Counted from the stretch's first letter, positions 1 to 9,048 are shown. The stretch: DNA of 64,000 nucleotides from Gammaproteobacteria bacterium (GCA_965115835.1 OZ220471.1:1095037-1159036); one strand, 5' to 3'. Translations and numbers: made by a program. Notes: generated by a model from the letters alone, not told the origin.

Positions 1-476
1 GGAGCCCCGTAGATTTGGCAGTCCGTTACCCCATAAGCGACTTCGTACCCCGCCGAGTCGAGACCTCGGACGAACGACCGGAAGGTTCGGGTGTGCGCCA
101 GTGGTGGCACGTTCTCCATTGAGACGATGTTGGGGCGTGTCAGATTGATGAGTTTCGCGAAGCGCTCAATAAGTCCCCATCTATGAGAATGGCATTTAGG
201 CGATGTAGGGCCTCGAGCGTAGGTCGAAAATGGCTGACAAGGAGCACAGCCGACGAGAATATGGATTGTGGCATCGTCCCACGCCGACCATGCATCGTTC
301 GCATCGTAGTCCCAAACATCCTTGGAGACGAATCGCGCCTTCGTATTGGTCTCGTATGCATACCGACATTGATCGTCCACATCAACCCCTTCCACGACAT
401 TCAGGCCAGCTTGCTCAAGCCCGTACGTGAGTCCGCCAGCACCGCAGAACAAGTCGACTACTTTCGCTTGTTTCAT
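1..476 (-). CDS. DNA (cytosine-5)-methyltransferase, N-terminal 158 codons; the gene continues past the left window edge
   Basis: Not in the ORF track because there is no stop inside the window. Hand translation of the minus strand from the ATG at 476-474 gives MKQAKVVDLFCGAGGLTYG (motif I FxGxGG), ILVGCAPCQPFS (motif IV PCQ) and IVSMENVP (motif VI ENV). It is still open at position 1 (...DCQIYGAP). The region is visibly more AT-rich than its neighbours. Confidence 0.85.
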   Translation of the reverse strand, partial: MKQAKVVDLFCGAGGLTYGLEQAGLNVVEGVDVDDQCRYAYETNTKARFVSKDVWDYDANDAWSAWDDATIHILVGCAPCQPFSTYARGPTSPKCHSHRWGLIERFAKLINLTRPNIVSMENVPPLAHTRTFRSFVRGLDSAGYEVAYGVTDCQIYGA

Positions 477-818
477 GCTGTGGATTCTACCCGGGCAAGT
501 CCGTACAGAGAACGAGAGCACCCCTCTCTACCAACATAGTTGGAAAACCGGCTATTTGAAACTATATAGAGCACGATGGATATGGGACAACAATGAAGCA
601 GACGGAAATTTGTTATGACAAGTGATAAATGCTGACGCGCCGATCTTGAAAGGAGAGTGATGAGCATGGCACTAGGCCCAAGGTCGATGTCATGCAAGCG
701 GTGGGTACCTCCAGACTCTTTCCCTCGTGCCGACTTTGCCAGTCTCGTTCCCCTTTCTGCCAACATTGTTGAGACACCGGCTACCCTTGGAATTATTGAA
801 GGGCGGTAGAGAGGAGTA

Positions 819-1313
819 ATGATGAAAGCAGACGACAGGGATTCAATGATGGTGATGGGTGCGAACGCGCCGGCCCTGGGGGGTGAGGAGCGTAGCGACG
901 AGGCCCCCAGGGCCGGGGCTCCGCCGGCGCGGCCCGGCCCAGATCCGGAGGTCATCGCCAAGCCGACCCGTCGCCGGTTCACCGCCGAGTACCGGCTGCG
1001 GATCGTCGAGGAGGCGGATCGCTGCGCGGAACCGGGCGAGGTTGGACGGCTGTTACGCCGCGAGGGGCTATACAGTTCGCATCTGTCGGCGTGGCGCAAG
1101 GCTCGTCGCCGGGGTGCGCTGCAGAGCCTGACACCGCGCAAGCGCGGCGCCAAGCCGGCGCAGTCCAACCCCGCCAGCGCCCAAGTTCGCCGGCTCGAAG
1201 CAAAAGTGGCGCGCCTGGAGAAGGAACTCGCCACCGCGCGCACGATTCTCGAAGTCCAGGGAAAAGTTGCCGGGCTGCTGGGATTGAGCCTCAACGGCGC
1301 GAACTCCTGCTGA
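819..1313 (+). CDS. IS3-family transposase OrfA (HTH)
   Basis: 164-aa ORF with RRRFTAEYRLRIVEEA... and a leucine-zipper-like C-terminus (LEAKVARLEKELATARTILEVQ), typical of IS3 OrfA. Its stop overlaps the orfB ATG. Confidence 0.8.
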   Translation: MMKADDRDSMMVMGANAPALGGEERSDEAPRAGAPPARPGPDPEVIAKPTRRRFTAEYRLRIVEEADRCAEPGEVGRLLRREGLYSSHLSAWRKARRRGALQSLTPRKRGAKPAQSNPASAQVRRLEAKVARLEKELATARTILEVQGKVAGLLGLSLNGANSC

Positions 1314-2314
1314 TGGCCGCCACCTCGCTCGCGACGAAAGTCGGCATTGCGCCGGCCTGCCGGGCGTTGGGGGTGTCCAGAGCAACGTTCTACCGTCGTC
1401 AAAGGCCCGCTCCCGGGCGCCAGCAGCCCCGAAAGACGCCCGCCCGGGCGCTGAGTGATAGCGAGCGCGAGCAGGTTCTCGAGGTGCTCGCCTGCGAACG
1501 ATTCGTCGACCGCTCGCCCGCCGAGATCGTCGCGACCCTGCTGGATGAAGGGCAATACCTGTGCTCGGAACGCACGATGTACCGCCTCCTGGCTGCTGAA
1601 CAGCCGGTGCGAGAACGGCGCAATCAACTTACCCATCCGCGCTATTCCAAACCCGAACTCGTCGCCAGCGCGCCGAATCAGGTCTGGTCATGGGACATCA
1701 CGCGCCTGCTCGGACCCAAACCCTGGACCGGCTTCTACCTCTATGTGTTGCTCGATATCTTCAGCCGCTATGTGGTGGGATGGATGGTCGCCGAACGCGA
1801 GAGCGCCGCGTTGGCCAGCCGGCTCATTGAGCAATCGTGCCTCAAACAGGGCATCCAGCCCCAGGTGCTTACCTTGCACTCCGACCGCGGCGCACCCATG
1901 ACCAGCCAGTGCACCGCACAACTCCTCGCCAACCTCGGCGTCACCCGCTCGCTCAGCCGCCCCAGGGTCAGCGACGACAACCCCTTCTCCGAGGCGCAGT
2001 TCAAGACCCTGAAATACCATCCCGGCTTCCCCGCGCGCTTTGAGGATATCGCCGACGCAACCGCCTTCTGCCGTACCTTCTTCCCTTGGTACAACTGCGA
2101 GCATCGGCATTCCGGAATCGCGATGCTCACCCCCGAGGATGTCCATCACGGGCGCGCCCGACACAGGCTTGAGAAACGCGAACGCACCCTGCGCCAAGCC
2201 TGGAGCCGGAACCCGGAGCGATTCGTGCGAGGGAGTCCCAAGCCCCAAGCGCTTCCCGAACAGGTCTGGATCAACCCGCCAGACCCAACCACTACATCGA
2301 AGGCTGCGCAGTAA
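1313..2314 (+). CDS. IS3-family transposase OrfB (DDE integrase core)
   Basis: The ATG at 1313 overlaps the orfA TGA. DDE-type motifs present: WSWDITRL, LHSDRGAPMTS, VSDDNPFSEAQFKTLKY, WYNCEHRHSG. Confidence 0.85.
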   Translation: MAATSLATKVGIAPACRALGVSRATFYRRQRPAPGRQQPRKTPARALSDSEREQVLEVLACERFVDRSPAEIVATLLDEGQYLCSERTMYRLLAAEQPVRERRNQLTHPRYSKPELVASAPNQVWSWDITRLLGPKPWTGFYLYVLLDIFSRYVVGWMVAERESAALASRLIEQSCLKQGIQPQVLTLHSDRGAPMTSQCTAQLLANLGVTRSLSRPRVSDDNPFSEAQFKTLKYHPGFPARFEDIADATAFCRTFFPWYNCEHRHSGIAMLTPEDVHHGRARHRLEKRERTLRQAWSRNPERFVRGSPKPQALPEQVWINPPDPTTTSKAAQ

Positions 2315-2422
2315 ATGAAAACAACCGCTGTCTCAATGGCGTTGACAGGTTCCGTTCCGCGGTCGTCGCCGAGTCAGGTCACAACCGGAGCCTACCTACC
2401 CCCCCAAAGTCCAATTGCTTTC

Positions 2423-2770
2423 TTAGAGTCTATGGCCACCCTCCGCTCCGTCTGGCGGGGCATTCGGTAACGACAGCGATTTGGCAGCAGACTCGGGCAG
2501 CAATGCCGAGACGAATCGCAGGATTTCCTCGACTTCATCCTTGCGTCCGGCCTTGATCAGGTCGCGGCGGAGAACTTGGGCAACAAACAACGCCGCCTTC
2601 GCGACCTGGATATCGAGTTCGGAGCGCGGCCATCCCCGTTGTTCGAGGGCCTCCATGACGAGTTCGACTACGAGTCGGTTGGCGGAGACATCGCGTTGTT
2701 CGGCGATCTTTTCGATTCTCTCCCACTGTTCCGGGGTCACCCGGATGGTTCTTGTCACTGTTTGCGCCAT
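2423..2770 (-). CDS. ribbon-helix-helix (CopG/MobC-like) protein, probable relaxosome/oriT accessory or regulator
   Basis: MAQTVTRTIRVTPEQWERIEKIAEQRDVSANRLVVELVMEAL matches the beta-strand plus two-helix RHH pattern. GGGAGG lies 12 nt upstream of the ATG at 2770. The gene sits next to the oriT-like block, as does its paralogue at 24821-25207. Confidence 0.6.
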   Translation of the reverse strand: MAQTVTRTIRVTPEQWERIEKIAEQRDVSANRLVVELVMEALEQRGWPRSELDIQVAKAALFVAQVLRRDLIKAGRKDEVEEILRFVSALLPESAAKSLSLPNAPPDGAEGGHRL

Positions 2771-2943
2771 CGGTTTTCGCACCCTCCCGTATAAATTCGA
2801 TCACCTTACAGTACGCCAGTCTGGCTGAAACTCGCAGCGAGGAGGCACCAAGAGACCCGCTTTTGTGTGGTTGAGGTGGCTCGAAAATGACTTCAGCCAT
2901 GCAGTCAAATTGACGGCTTTCAACAGCGGGCGCAATCATGCGC

Positions 2944-2960
2944 GCAGTCAGATTGACTGC
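2944..2960. repeat. perfect 7-bp-arm palindrome GCAGTCA-GAT-TGACTGC
   Basis: Read directly. The same arms with a different loop (AATC) recur at 25491-25507, in the paralogous position relative to the RHH gene and the oriT-like block. Confidence 0.7.
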
Positions 2961-3107
2961 TTTTAAGGAGCGAGACAATTTGCAAGTCTTGGGAAATTCC
3001 CTGCCGGTCCAACACAAGTCCTTGATATCGCGCCCTGTAACCGGGTCGTACTACGTTTGTATGCTCAAAAAACACACTCGTCCCAACAACGCTATGGCGT
3101 TCCAAGT

Positions 3108-3178
3108 CGTTGAAACGGCAAGGAAAGCAGGACAGGCGCGCGCTTGGGTTACAAGGCAGCGTGCTGCGTGGGGTGTGG
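3108..3178 (+). promoter_or_regulatory. candidate oriT core (copy A): conserved block with a hairpin plus an F-like nic motif
   Basis: An approximately 70-bp block is conserved with 25607-25677: CGTTGAAACGGCA..ACAGGACAGGCGCGCGC..ACAAGGCAGCGTGCTGCGT. It holds the hairpin GCAGC-GT-GCTGC (3156-3167), followed by GCGTGGGGTGTGG (3166-3178). That 13-mer is identical to the core of the F-plasmid T-strand nic region as I recall it (TTTGCGTGGGGTGT|GGTGCTTT). Confidence 0.5.
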
Positions 3179-3364
3179 AGGTGAGCCGGCTCCGCCGTAG
3201 AGACAGAGCCGACTTGGGAGCATTCACGACGGGGGAAATCGCCAGCGGCGAACTTGGCAGGGCGGAGCCGCCGCGGCGCCTGAGCGGACGCCGGTGCGGA
3301 TGGAGCCGCAGGCTGAAGTGTCAGGCGCGTCGTCGAAGACGACGGCGGCGTTGTATGCACGCTT

Positions 3365-4105
3365 GCGGGCAGGGATGCATCGCGCTGTGCGAAACCGGAT
3401 GCGAGGCGAAGTGCGGCAGCGCTCCGCAGGAGCGCGTGCACGAGCCGTGGCATCGGCGCGCGGCGAAGCCGACGCGAGTGATGCCCGCAACCGGCGTAGC
3501 CGGTCAGGGCAAACGAAGCGAAGCCGAACCACGGGCAGAACCGGACGCGAAGCGAGATGCGGCAGCGCTCCGCAGGAGCGCGCGCATGAGCCGTGGCATC
3601 GGTGCGTGGCGAAGTCGTCACGAGCGATGCCCGCAACCGGCGTAGCCGGTCAGGGCAAGCGAAGCGAAGCCGAGCCGCGGGCAGAACCGGACGCGAAGCG
3701 AGGTGCGGTAGCGCTCCGCAGGAGCGCGCGCATGAGCCGTGGCATCGGTGCGCGGCGAAGCCGACGCGAGTGATGCCCGCAACCGGCGTAGCCGGTCAGG
3801 GCAAGCGAAGCCGAGCCAAGCGGAACCGGACGCGAAGCGAGATGCGGCAGCGCTCCGCAGGAGCGCGCGCACGAGCCGAGGCATCGGCGCGCGGCGAAGC
3901 CGACGCGAGTGATGCCCGCAACCGGCGTAGCCGGTCAGGGCAAGCGAAGCGAAGCCGAGCTGTGCGGAACCGGACGCGAAGCGAGATGCGGCAGCGCTCC
4001 GCAGGAGCGCATGCACGAGCCGTGGCGTCGGTGCGCGGCGAAGCCGCCGCGAGCGATGCCCGCACCGGCGTAGCCGGTCAGGGCAAGCGAAGCGAAGCCA
4101 GACGC
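3365..4105. repeat. tandem array, about 5 copies of a 139-146 bp unit
   Basis: The unit marker GATGCCCGCA(A)CCGGCGTAGCCGGTCAGGGCAAGCGAAGC starts at 3480, 3626, 3772, 3911 and 4055. Each unit has two short hairpins: ACCGGC-GTA-GCCGGT and GCGCTCC-GCA-GGAGCGC. There are no unique spacers. Confidence 0.85.
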
Positions 4106-4138
4106 GCCACGCAGGTTGGCGCTGCCGACTGCGTACAG

Positions 4139-4172
4139 AAAAAAGGGCCACGCCGCCGAAGCGACGCGGCCC
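4139..4172 (-). terminator. rho-independent terminator after the DUF2493-like gene
   Basis: The minus strand reads GGGCCGCGTCGC-TTCG-GCGGCGTGGCCC followed by TTTTTT, starting 14 nt after the stop at 4186. Confidence 0.7.
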
Positions 4173-4185
4173 TTGAGGATGGCGC

Positions 4186-5106
4186 TTACGCCGCGCAGCG
4201 TTGCACCGGGATGCCGAGCTGGGTGGCCTTGTCGACAAGGTTCTCTGTAACGCCGCTGCCAGGGAATGCGATCACGCCCTTCGGCAGCAGGTTCAGCAGT
4301 TCGTCGTTGCGTCGAAACGGTGCGGCCCGTCCGTGAGCGTTCCAGTCCGGCTTGCAGACCACCTGATGCACGCCATGCCGTTCAGCCCACTGTGCGGCGA
4401 TGCGCTCCACCCCGGGGCCGCCGCCGTGGACGAGCACCATGTCCTGATACTTCGCGCGCGCCTTGTCGAGTCGCCGGAAGATGGCGTCGATGTCGGTGAC
4501 TTGCTTGCCGCCCGCGATTGCGATCAGGGTGCCGTCGGGCAGATGCGCGTTGGTCTCGCGTTCCTTGCGGGCGCGGAGGAAGTCGCGGGCGTCGATCGCT
4601 GCCGAGGTAAGTTGACGGGTCTGGCTGGTGTGCGATCCGTGCCGCGGCCGCCAGGTTTCTCCGGTGGATTCGCGGTAGGCGTCAGCAGCGCAGTCGCGCA
4701 GTTGCTCGAAGGCGTCGCGTCGGTCGCCGAGGTTGCGCGCACGGTGGGTCTTCAGTTCGAGTTCGCGGGCGTTGATCTCGGTGCCGTCCTGGGCGCGCTG
4801 CAGGTCGCGGATTTCAGGCGTGAGGCGGTCGATGCTGCGGTCGAGTCGCCTGACCTGCGCGGCCCACATGTTCACGAAGCCCCAGAGCATGGACTCGCGT
4901 TCGTCGGCGATCTGCATGCCATCGGGGGCGACGCCACGTGCCAGGATGCGGAACGCTTCGCTGACGGCTTCGAGCGCTTCGTCGCGGTCCCAGACGCTTC
5001 GGGGGTCGAACTCGTCGCGTTCCGGGGTTGCGCCGTAGAGTGCGGCGTTTTCGCAGATGACTGCAGTGTGGGATTGTGCCTGATGGATGTTGTCGGTATC
5101 GAACAT
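4186..5106 (-). CDS. DUF2493/SLOG-like protein with N-terminal coiled-coil extension (copy A)
   Basis: The start MFDTDNIHQ at 5106 is preceded by AAGGAGA. The C-terminal ...MVLVHGGGPGVERIAAQWAERHGVHQVVCKPDWNAHGRAAPFRRNDELL... matches my memory of DUF2493. Paralogue at 26488-27414. The track ORF's 5' extension to 5820 has no support. Confidence 0.8.
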   Translation of the reverse strand: MFDTDNIHQAQSHTAVICENAALYGATPERDEFDPRSVWDRDEALEAVSEAFRILARGVAPDGMQIADERESMLWGFVNMWAAQVRRLDRSIDRLTPEIRDLQRAQDGTEINARELELKTHRARNLGDRRDAFEQLRDCAADAYRESTGETWRPRHGSHTSQTRQLTSAAIDARDFLRARKERETNAHLPDGTLIAIAGGKQVTDIDAIFRRLDKARAKYQDMVLVHGGGPGVERIAAQWAERHGVHQVVCKPDWNAHGRAAPFRRNDELLNLLPKGVIAFPGSGVTENLVDKATQLGIPVQRCAA

Positions 5107-5510
5107 GGTTGTGTCTCCTTGGTAGTTCGAGGTTTTGAGTTGAGCCTTGATGGCCCGGTGTCGTCGGAAGAGCGCCTCCCGACATAGGTTTGTTGGGACA
5201 CGCGCGCGCAACGAAGCCACCCGCGCAAGCGGGTCGGAACGCAGTGGAGAACCCCGGAGGGGTTGGCGAAGTGAGCACGTGTGGCACAATGGGCCTATGT
5301 CGGGAGGTGCTTTTTGGGTTTGCAAAGCGTTCTTCCCGCAAGCAGGTTGTGCAGCGAACGGGCGAGCGGATGCGCAAGGGATTGCACCGGAAACCGGAGC
5401 TTGCGGAGCCTGCAACGTAAAGCCCGGTCGCGAAGCAACGCACACAGCTGTCTGCGGTTGAAGGCCGCCCGCCGCGCCCGATCCGGAGCGCTTCCTGTTT
5501 TCCCCGCCGG

Positions 5511-5741
5511 TCATCCGTAGAACGGGTGGGAGTCCAGAAGCTGCTGCGCCACCTGGCGGATGCGGCGACGGTCGCGCACACGCTTCGGCCCCCGCCAATC
5601 CTCCTGGAGGTGGACGACGTAGTAGTGCGTTCCCGGGTTGAGGAGGTCGTCCTCGCGGTAGGCATCGCCGACATGGTGACCGTCGGCGTTGTAGATTCGG
5701 GATTCGTGTGGGCTGACGCGCCTGAAAGTGATGGTGCTCAT
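5511..5741 (-). CDS. small conserved hypothetical protein (76 aa, copy A)
   Basis: MSTITFRRVSPHESRIYNADGHHVGDAY... is conserved with 27686-27913 (MSNITFKRVSPDESRIHDANGAYVGDVH...). GGAGAA lies upstream of the ATG at 5741. Confidence 0.55.
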   Translation of the reverse strand: MSTITFRRVSPHESRIYNADGHHVGDAYREDDLLNPGTHYYVVHLQEDWRGPKRVRDRRRIRQVAQQLLDSHPFYG

Positions 5742-5816
5742 CGGGTTCTCCGGTTGACTTGATGGAGGCGCGAGGGAACTCCCTCTCCTCTCTGCGCCGT
5801 TCACCCTCCACCCGCC

Positions 5817-6842
5817 TCACTCTCCTCCGGGACTCTGCAGGCGGTCAGGGTTCCCCGCCCCCGGGGCTGCTGTACCCCCCTCGAAGCGGAACAGGGGACC
5901 GAGCCGCGCGGCGAGCGTGTCGGGACCGAGTGCGACGAGGTCGTCGTTGAAGTCGCCGCCTTCGGGAACGACGACGGTGGCCTGGACACCCGCGTGCGCA
6001 CAGCGCCGCGCGAGCCGTTCGGCGGCACGGTCGCCCTCAGGGTCGTTATCGCGGGCGATGATGAGCCGCGCGACGCCGGGCGGAGGCGCGAACGCGCCGA
6101 GGCTTCCGGCGGAGAGCGCTGCGGCGGCGGTGATCCCGGGCACAGCGGTGACCAGCGACAGCACGGTCTCGATGCCTTCGCCGACCAGCAGCATGGCGTC
6201 GGGCGTTCCGAACCGCACGGCGCGCCCGTGGATGCGTCCGAGCGCCTTGCGCGGAGCAGCGACGCCCGCCTTGGCGGGCGAGCGGGGATCGAGCCAGGTG
6301 CGCTGCACACCGCTGACGGCGCCGTCGTCGCCGGTCACGGCGGCGACCAGCGCCGGAAGGCGGATGACCGATCCGTTCTCGCGGTAGCGTAGTGCAGGAT
6401 GAAAGCGCAGCGCCGCGAAGCGGCAGCGCGCGAGCCCCCGGGCATGCAGGTAGCGTTCGGCGTGGGTGCCGTCGATGTCGCGGCAGCGGCGCCACAGGCG
6501 CCGGGCCGCCGCGGTGGCGTCGTAGGCGCCGTGCTCGCCCGATGCCGGCGAAGCCGGCAGGGCGAGGAAGGCGCGGGCCTCGGCGAGCGCCGCGCGCAGC
6601 GTCGGCGCGCCCGAACGGTAGCGGACGAGGTCGAGCAGGTCGCCGTGCTCGCCGGTTGCGGCGTCGGTCCACTTGCCGGGGATGCCGGGACCTTCGAGAC
6701 GAACGTGGAGCGAGCGCCCTCGGGCGCCGTCGAGGTCGCCCGCGACCCAGTAGCGGCCCTGGCGGCGGCCGTAGGGCAGATAGCGGCGACACACAGCCTC
6801 GGCGCGCCGGGCGAGTTCGGCGGCGATGGCGGCGGCGTTCAC
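5817..6842 (-). CDS. Toprim-domain (primase-like) protein
   Basis: GTG start at 6842 preceded by GGGAGG. Toprim-like acidic motifs: LLVGEGIETVLS and IIARDNDPEGDRAAE. The N-terminus has the ...GDLDGARGRSLHVRL...GKWTDAATGEHGDLLDLV pattern seen in plasmid/ICE primase-like proteins. This gene is absent from the paralogous module B. Confidence 0.7.
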   Translation of the reverse strand: MNAAAIAAELARRAEAVCRRYLPYGRRQGRYWVAGDLDGARGRSLHVRLEGPGIPGKWTDAATGEHGDLLDLVRYRSGAPTLRAALAEARAFLALPASPASGEHGAYDATAAARRLWRRCRDIDGTHAERYLHARGLARCRFAALRFHPALRYRENGSVIRLPALVAAVTGDDGAVSGVQRTWLDPRSPAKAGVAAPRKALGRIHGRAVRFGTPDAMLLVGEGIETVLSLVTAVPGITAAAALSAGSLGAFAPPPGVARLIIARDNDPEGDRAAERLARRCAHAGVQATVVVPEGGDFNDDLVALGPDTLAARLGPLFRFEGGTAAPGAGNPDRLQSPGGE

Positions 6843-7066
6843 AGCGCCGACCTCCCGGTGTGACGTGGCGGCATGATGAAGACTCCTCTCGTTGCGGGGA
6901 ACGCCCCGATACCGGCCCGACCTCCGACTCCCGGCGGCGTAAGCGGGCGAACGCCCTGCGCGGAGCGCAGGCGCGAGGCCCGACCCGTTCGGGACTCGAA
7001 GCGGGCAGCAAAAAGGGGGACCGACGCCGAAACGCCGGTCCCCGGGGGAAGGACGGACAGTTCGCC

Positions 7067-7483
7067 TCAGAACGGGATCTCGTCGTCCGTCCCGTCGCCG
7101 TCGGCCGGCTGGGCCGGGGCGGCAGCCGAGGGCTGGGCGTCGGGCATCGCCGCGCCGTTGCCGTTCGGCTTGTCGAGGAACTGGACCCGGCAGCCCGGCG
7201 CCAGCAGGATCTCGGTCGAGAACCGGTCGGAGTCCTCGCCGTCCTTGCGCCAGCGTCGCGTCTGCAGCTTGCCGTCGACATACACCAGACGTCCCTTTCG
7301 GGCGTACTTGCCGAGCATCTCGACCAGCCCGTCCTGGAAGGTGACGATGCGGTGCCACTCGGTGCGGTCCACCCGCTCGCCGGTCTGCTTGTTGATATAG
7401 GACTCGTCGGTCGCAAGCGACAGATTGGCGACACGCCCCCCGCTTGTGAGGTGGTTGACGGCCCTCCCGTTATTTATGCGCAC
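7067..7483 (-). pseudogene. ssb: single-stranded DNA-binding protein, 3' portion only (5' end replaced at an insertion junction)
   Basis: ...SGGRVANLSLATDESYINKQTGERVDRTEWHRIVTF...GKLQTRRW... ending DDEIPF is a classic SSB OB fold plus acidic tail. Homology to the intact paralogue (28095-28544) stops at 7461. The ORF then runs into AT-rich DNA, with only a GTG at 7483 and no RBS. Confidence 0.75.
7454..7461. repeat. left copy of the 8-bp direct repeat GTTGACGG at the ssb break (candidate att core or TSD)
   Basis: The same 8-mer ends the 5' ssb fragment at 40131-40138. The intact paralogue has GTTGACTG at this position, so the two broken ends share a variant-specific overlap. Confidence 0.6.
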
Positions 7484-7640
7484 AGATGCGCAGAAAGTGC
7501 CAATAAATATGAAATATCAATGATATAAGAGGCTTATTCCTTACCAGATACCGTCAGGAGATAGTGGCGATACGCCCTGTTTTTCTTCTTGGGGTTGATT
7601 TCAGGGTTGATATTTATGGCATCGGCGGTATGATCGCCCC

Positions 7641-8912
7641 ATGATGAAACAGAAATCCGCAAAACGCGTCGCCAAGGTCAAGCTCACGCTCACCAAGCGC
7701 ACCGTCGAGGCATTGGAGCCCACCGGCAAGCCCTGGATCGCATGGGACGACAAGCTCATCGGCTTCGGCTGCCGTGTCCAGCCTTCCGGCACCAAGTCCT
7801 TCGTGGTCAACTACCGCGTCGGCGAAGGCGGGCGCAAGGCGCCCAACAAGCGGGTTGTTGTCGGTCGCTACGGGCGCGCCACTCCCGACCAAGCTCGGCG
7901 CCGTGCCCAAGAACTGCTCGGACGTGCCGCTGGCGGCGGCGACCCCGCCGGGGAGCGTGCCGATGCCCGCGGTCTGCCAACGCTGGGAGAGATTTGCGAC
8001 GACTACATCGAGTCCGGCCACAACCGCGCCGATGTCACGCAGCGATCCTATCGTCGCTATGCCAACCTTTATCTTGGCGACTGGCGCTCCCGGCCTATCG
8101 ATGCCATCACTCGCCGCGATGTCGAGAACCGCTTCCATCTTCTCACTGAGGGTCGCGGCGCCGTCCCGGCCAACCAGTGCCTGTCGTTCCTGCGTTCGGT
8201 TTACCGCCGGCCCTGCGTCGATTACGACGGGTTGCGCAATCCGGTCGAGCAGTGGCTTGCGGGCGGCGGGCGTTACCATCCCCACAGGCGACGCAAGATA
8301 TCGTCGCCGGCCGAGGTGCTTCCCAGATGGCGTGAAGGCATTGACAAGGTGGTGCGCAACCCCGTGCATCGTGACTTGATGCTGTTCGGAATCTACACTG
8401 GCATGCGTCGGGGCGAGATCGTCTCGCTGCGCTGGGAGCGGGTGGACCTTGAAGCGGGGCTGTTTCGAGTCGAGGAGACCAAGACCGGGGCGCCGCTTGA
8501 ACTGCCGATCACGCGCCAGTTGGGCGCTATCCTTGCGCGACGCCGAGCCAACAGCGACGCCATGCCGGCGGACATGCAGGGCTGGGTTTTCCCGTCGCTG
8601 TCCAGCAAATCGGGCCATGTCGAGGAACTCTTTGGCCACTACACCCGGATCGGCAAGGTTGCCGGTGCTCGCTTCTGGTTCCATGGCTTGCGCAACGCCT
8701 TTATCACGGTGGCCGAGCGCGAACTGATGCTGCCGCGTTCGCTGACTAAGCGGCTGGTCAATCACGCCCGGCCGACTGACGTGACCGAAGGCTATGCCGC
8801 CGACTGGACCGTCGAACAGCTTCGCGAACCGGCACAACGTATCGCCGACAAGATTGATGAACTGATGCTGATGGATGCGACGGGAGACTTGGAAGCAGCC
8901 ACGGCCCCGTAA
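7641..8912 (+). CDS. tyrosine-type site-specific integrase (P4-like, DUF4102-type N-terminus)
   Basis: N-terminus LTKRTVEALEPTGKPWIAWDDKLIGFGCRVQPSGTKSFVVNYRV. Catalytic-region motifs TGMRRGEIVSLRW, WFHGLRNAFIT and ...VTEGYA. Confidence 0.9.
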   Translation: MMKQKSAKRVAKVKLTLTKRTVEALEPTGKPWIAWDDKLIGFGCRVQPSGTKSFVVNYRVGEGGRKAPNKRVVVGRYGRATPDQARRRAQELLGRAAGGGDPAGERADARGLPTLGEICDDYIESGHNRADVTQRSYRRYANLYLGDWRSRPIDAITRRDVENRFHLLTEGRGAVPANQCLSFLRSVYRRPCVDYDGLRNPVEQWLAGGGRYHPHRRRKISSPAEVLPRWREGIDKVVRNPVHRDLMLFGIYTGMRRGEIVSLRWERVDLEAGLFRVEETKTGAPLELPITRQLGAILARRRANSDAMPADMQGWVFPSLSSKSGHVEELFGHYTRIGKVAGARFWFHGLRNAFITVAERELMLPRSLTKRLVNHARPTDVTEGYAADWTVEQLREPAQRIADKIDELMLMDATGDLEAATAP

Positions 8913-8976
8913 GCGCTGGCGTGAAAGGGCAAATTGGATTCGCCCGAACAACAGTTCTCTTAAGAGAACCGTTGGC

Positions 8977-9048
8977 TATTGTTCCTCTTCTACCCCCTTC
9001 AATAATTCCAAGGGTAGCCAGTGTCTCAACAATGTTGGCAGAAAGGGT
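8977..9048 (-). mobile_element. solo left-end fragment (about 70 bp) of the IS3-family element seen at 758-2347, inverted
   Basis: The reverse complement of 8977-9048 matches 751-822 almost base for base (CCCTTTCTGCCAACATTGTTGAGACAC(C/T)GGCTACCCTTGGAATTATTGAAGGG...). It abuts a truncated IS3-type orfB. Confidence 0.6.

Larger units (their letters stand above)
758..2347 (+). mobile_element. IS3-family insertion sequence, apparently complete
   Basis: Two ORFs joined by a TGATG overlap. Imperfect terminal inverted repeats: TGCCAACATTGTTGAGACACCGG (758-780) versus the reverse complement of 2325-2347, TGTCAACGCCATTGAGACAGCGG (17/23 identical, both starting with TG). No clean target-site duplication (TSD) seen. 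Confidence 0.75.

Noticed and set aside
3365-4105. The tandem array as a possible CRISPR locus
   Set aside because: The units are 139-146 bp and directly abut each other, with no unique spacers between short repeats, and there are no cas genes in the window.
2920-4336. Several 100-250-aa ORFs on both strands across the 140-bp tandem array (for example 2938-3645+, 3593-4336+, 3618-4238-)
   Set aside because: Every frame is open only because of high GC and the repeat. The translations are Arg/Ala/Ser-rich periodic nonsense, with no start context and no family motifs.
4186-7358. Long 5' extensions of the track ORFs 4186-5820 (544 aa) and 5817-7358 (513 aa)
   Set aside because: The extensions are Arg/Pro-rich and overlap neighbouring genes. 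The paralogue comparison and RBS positions support the internal starts at 5106 and 6842.
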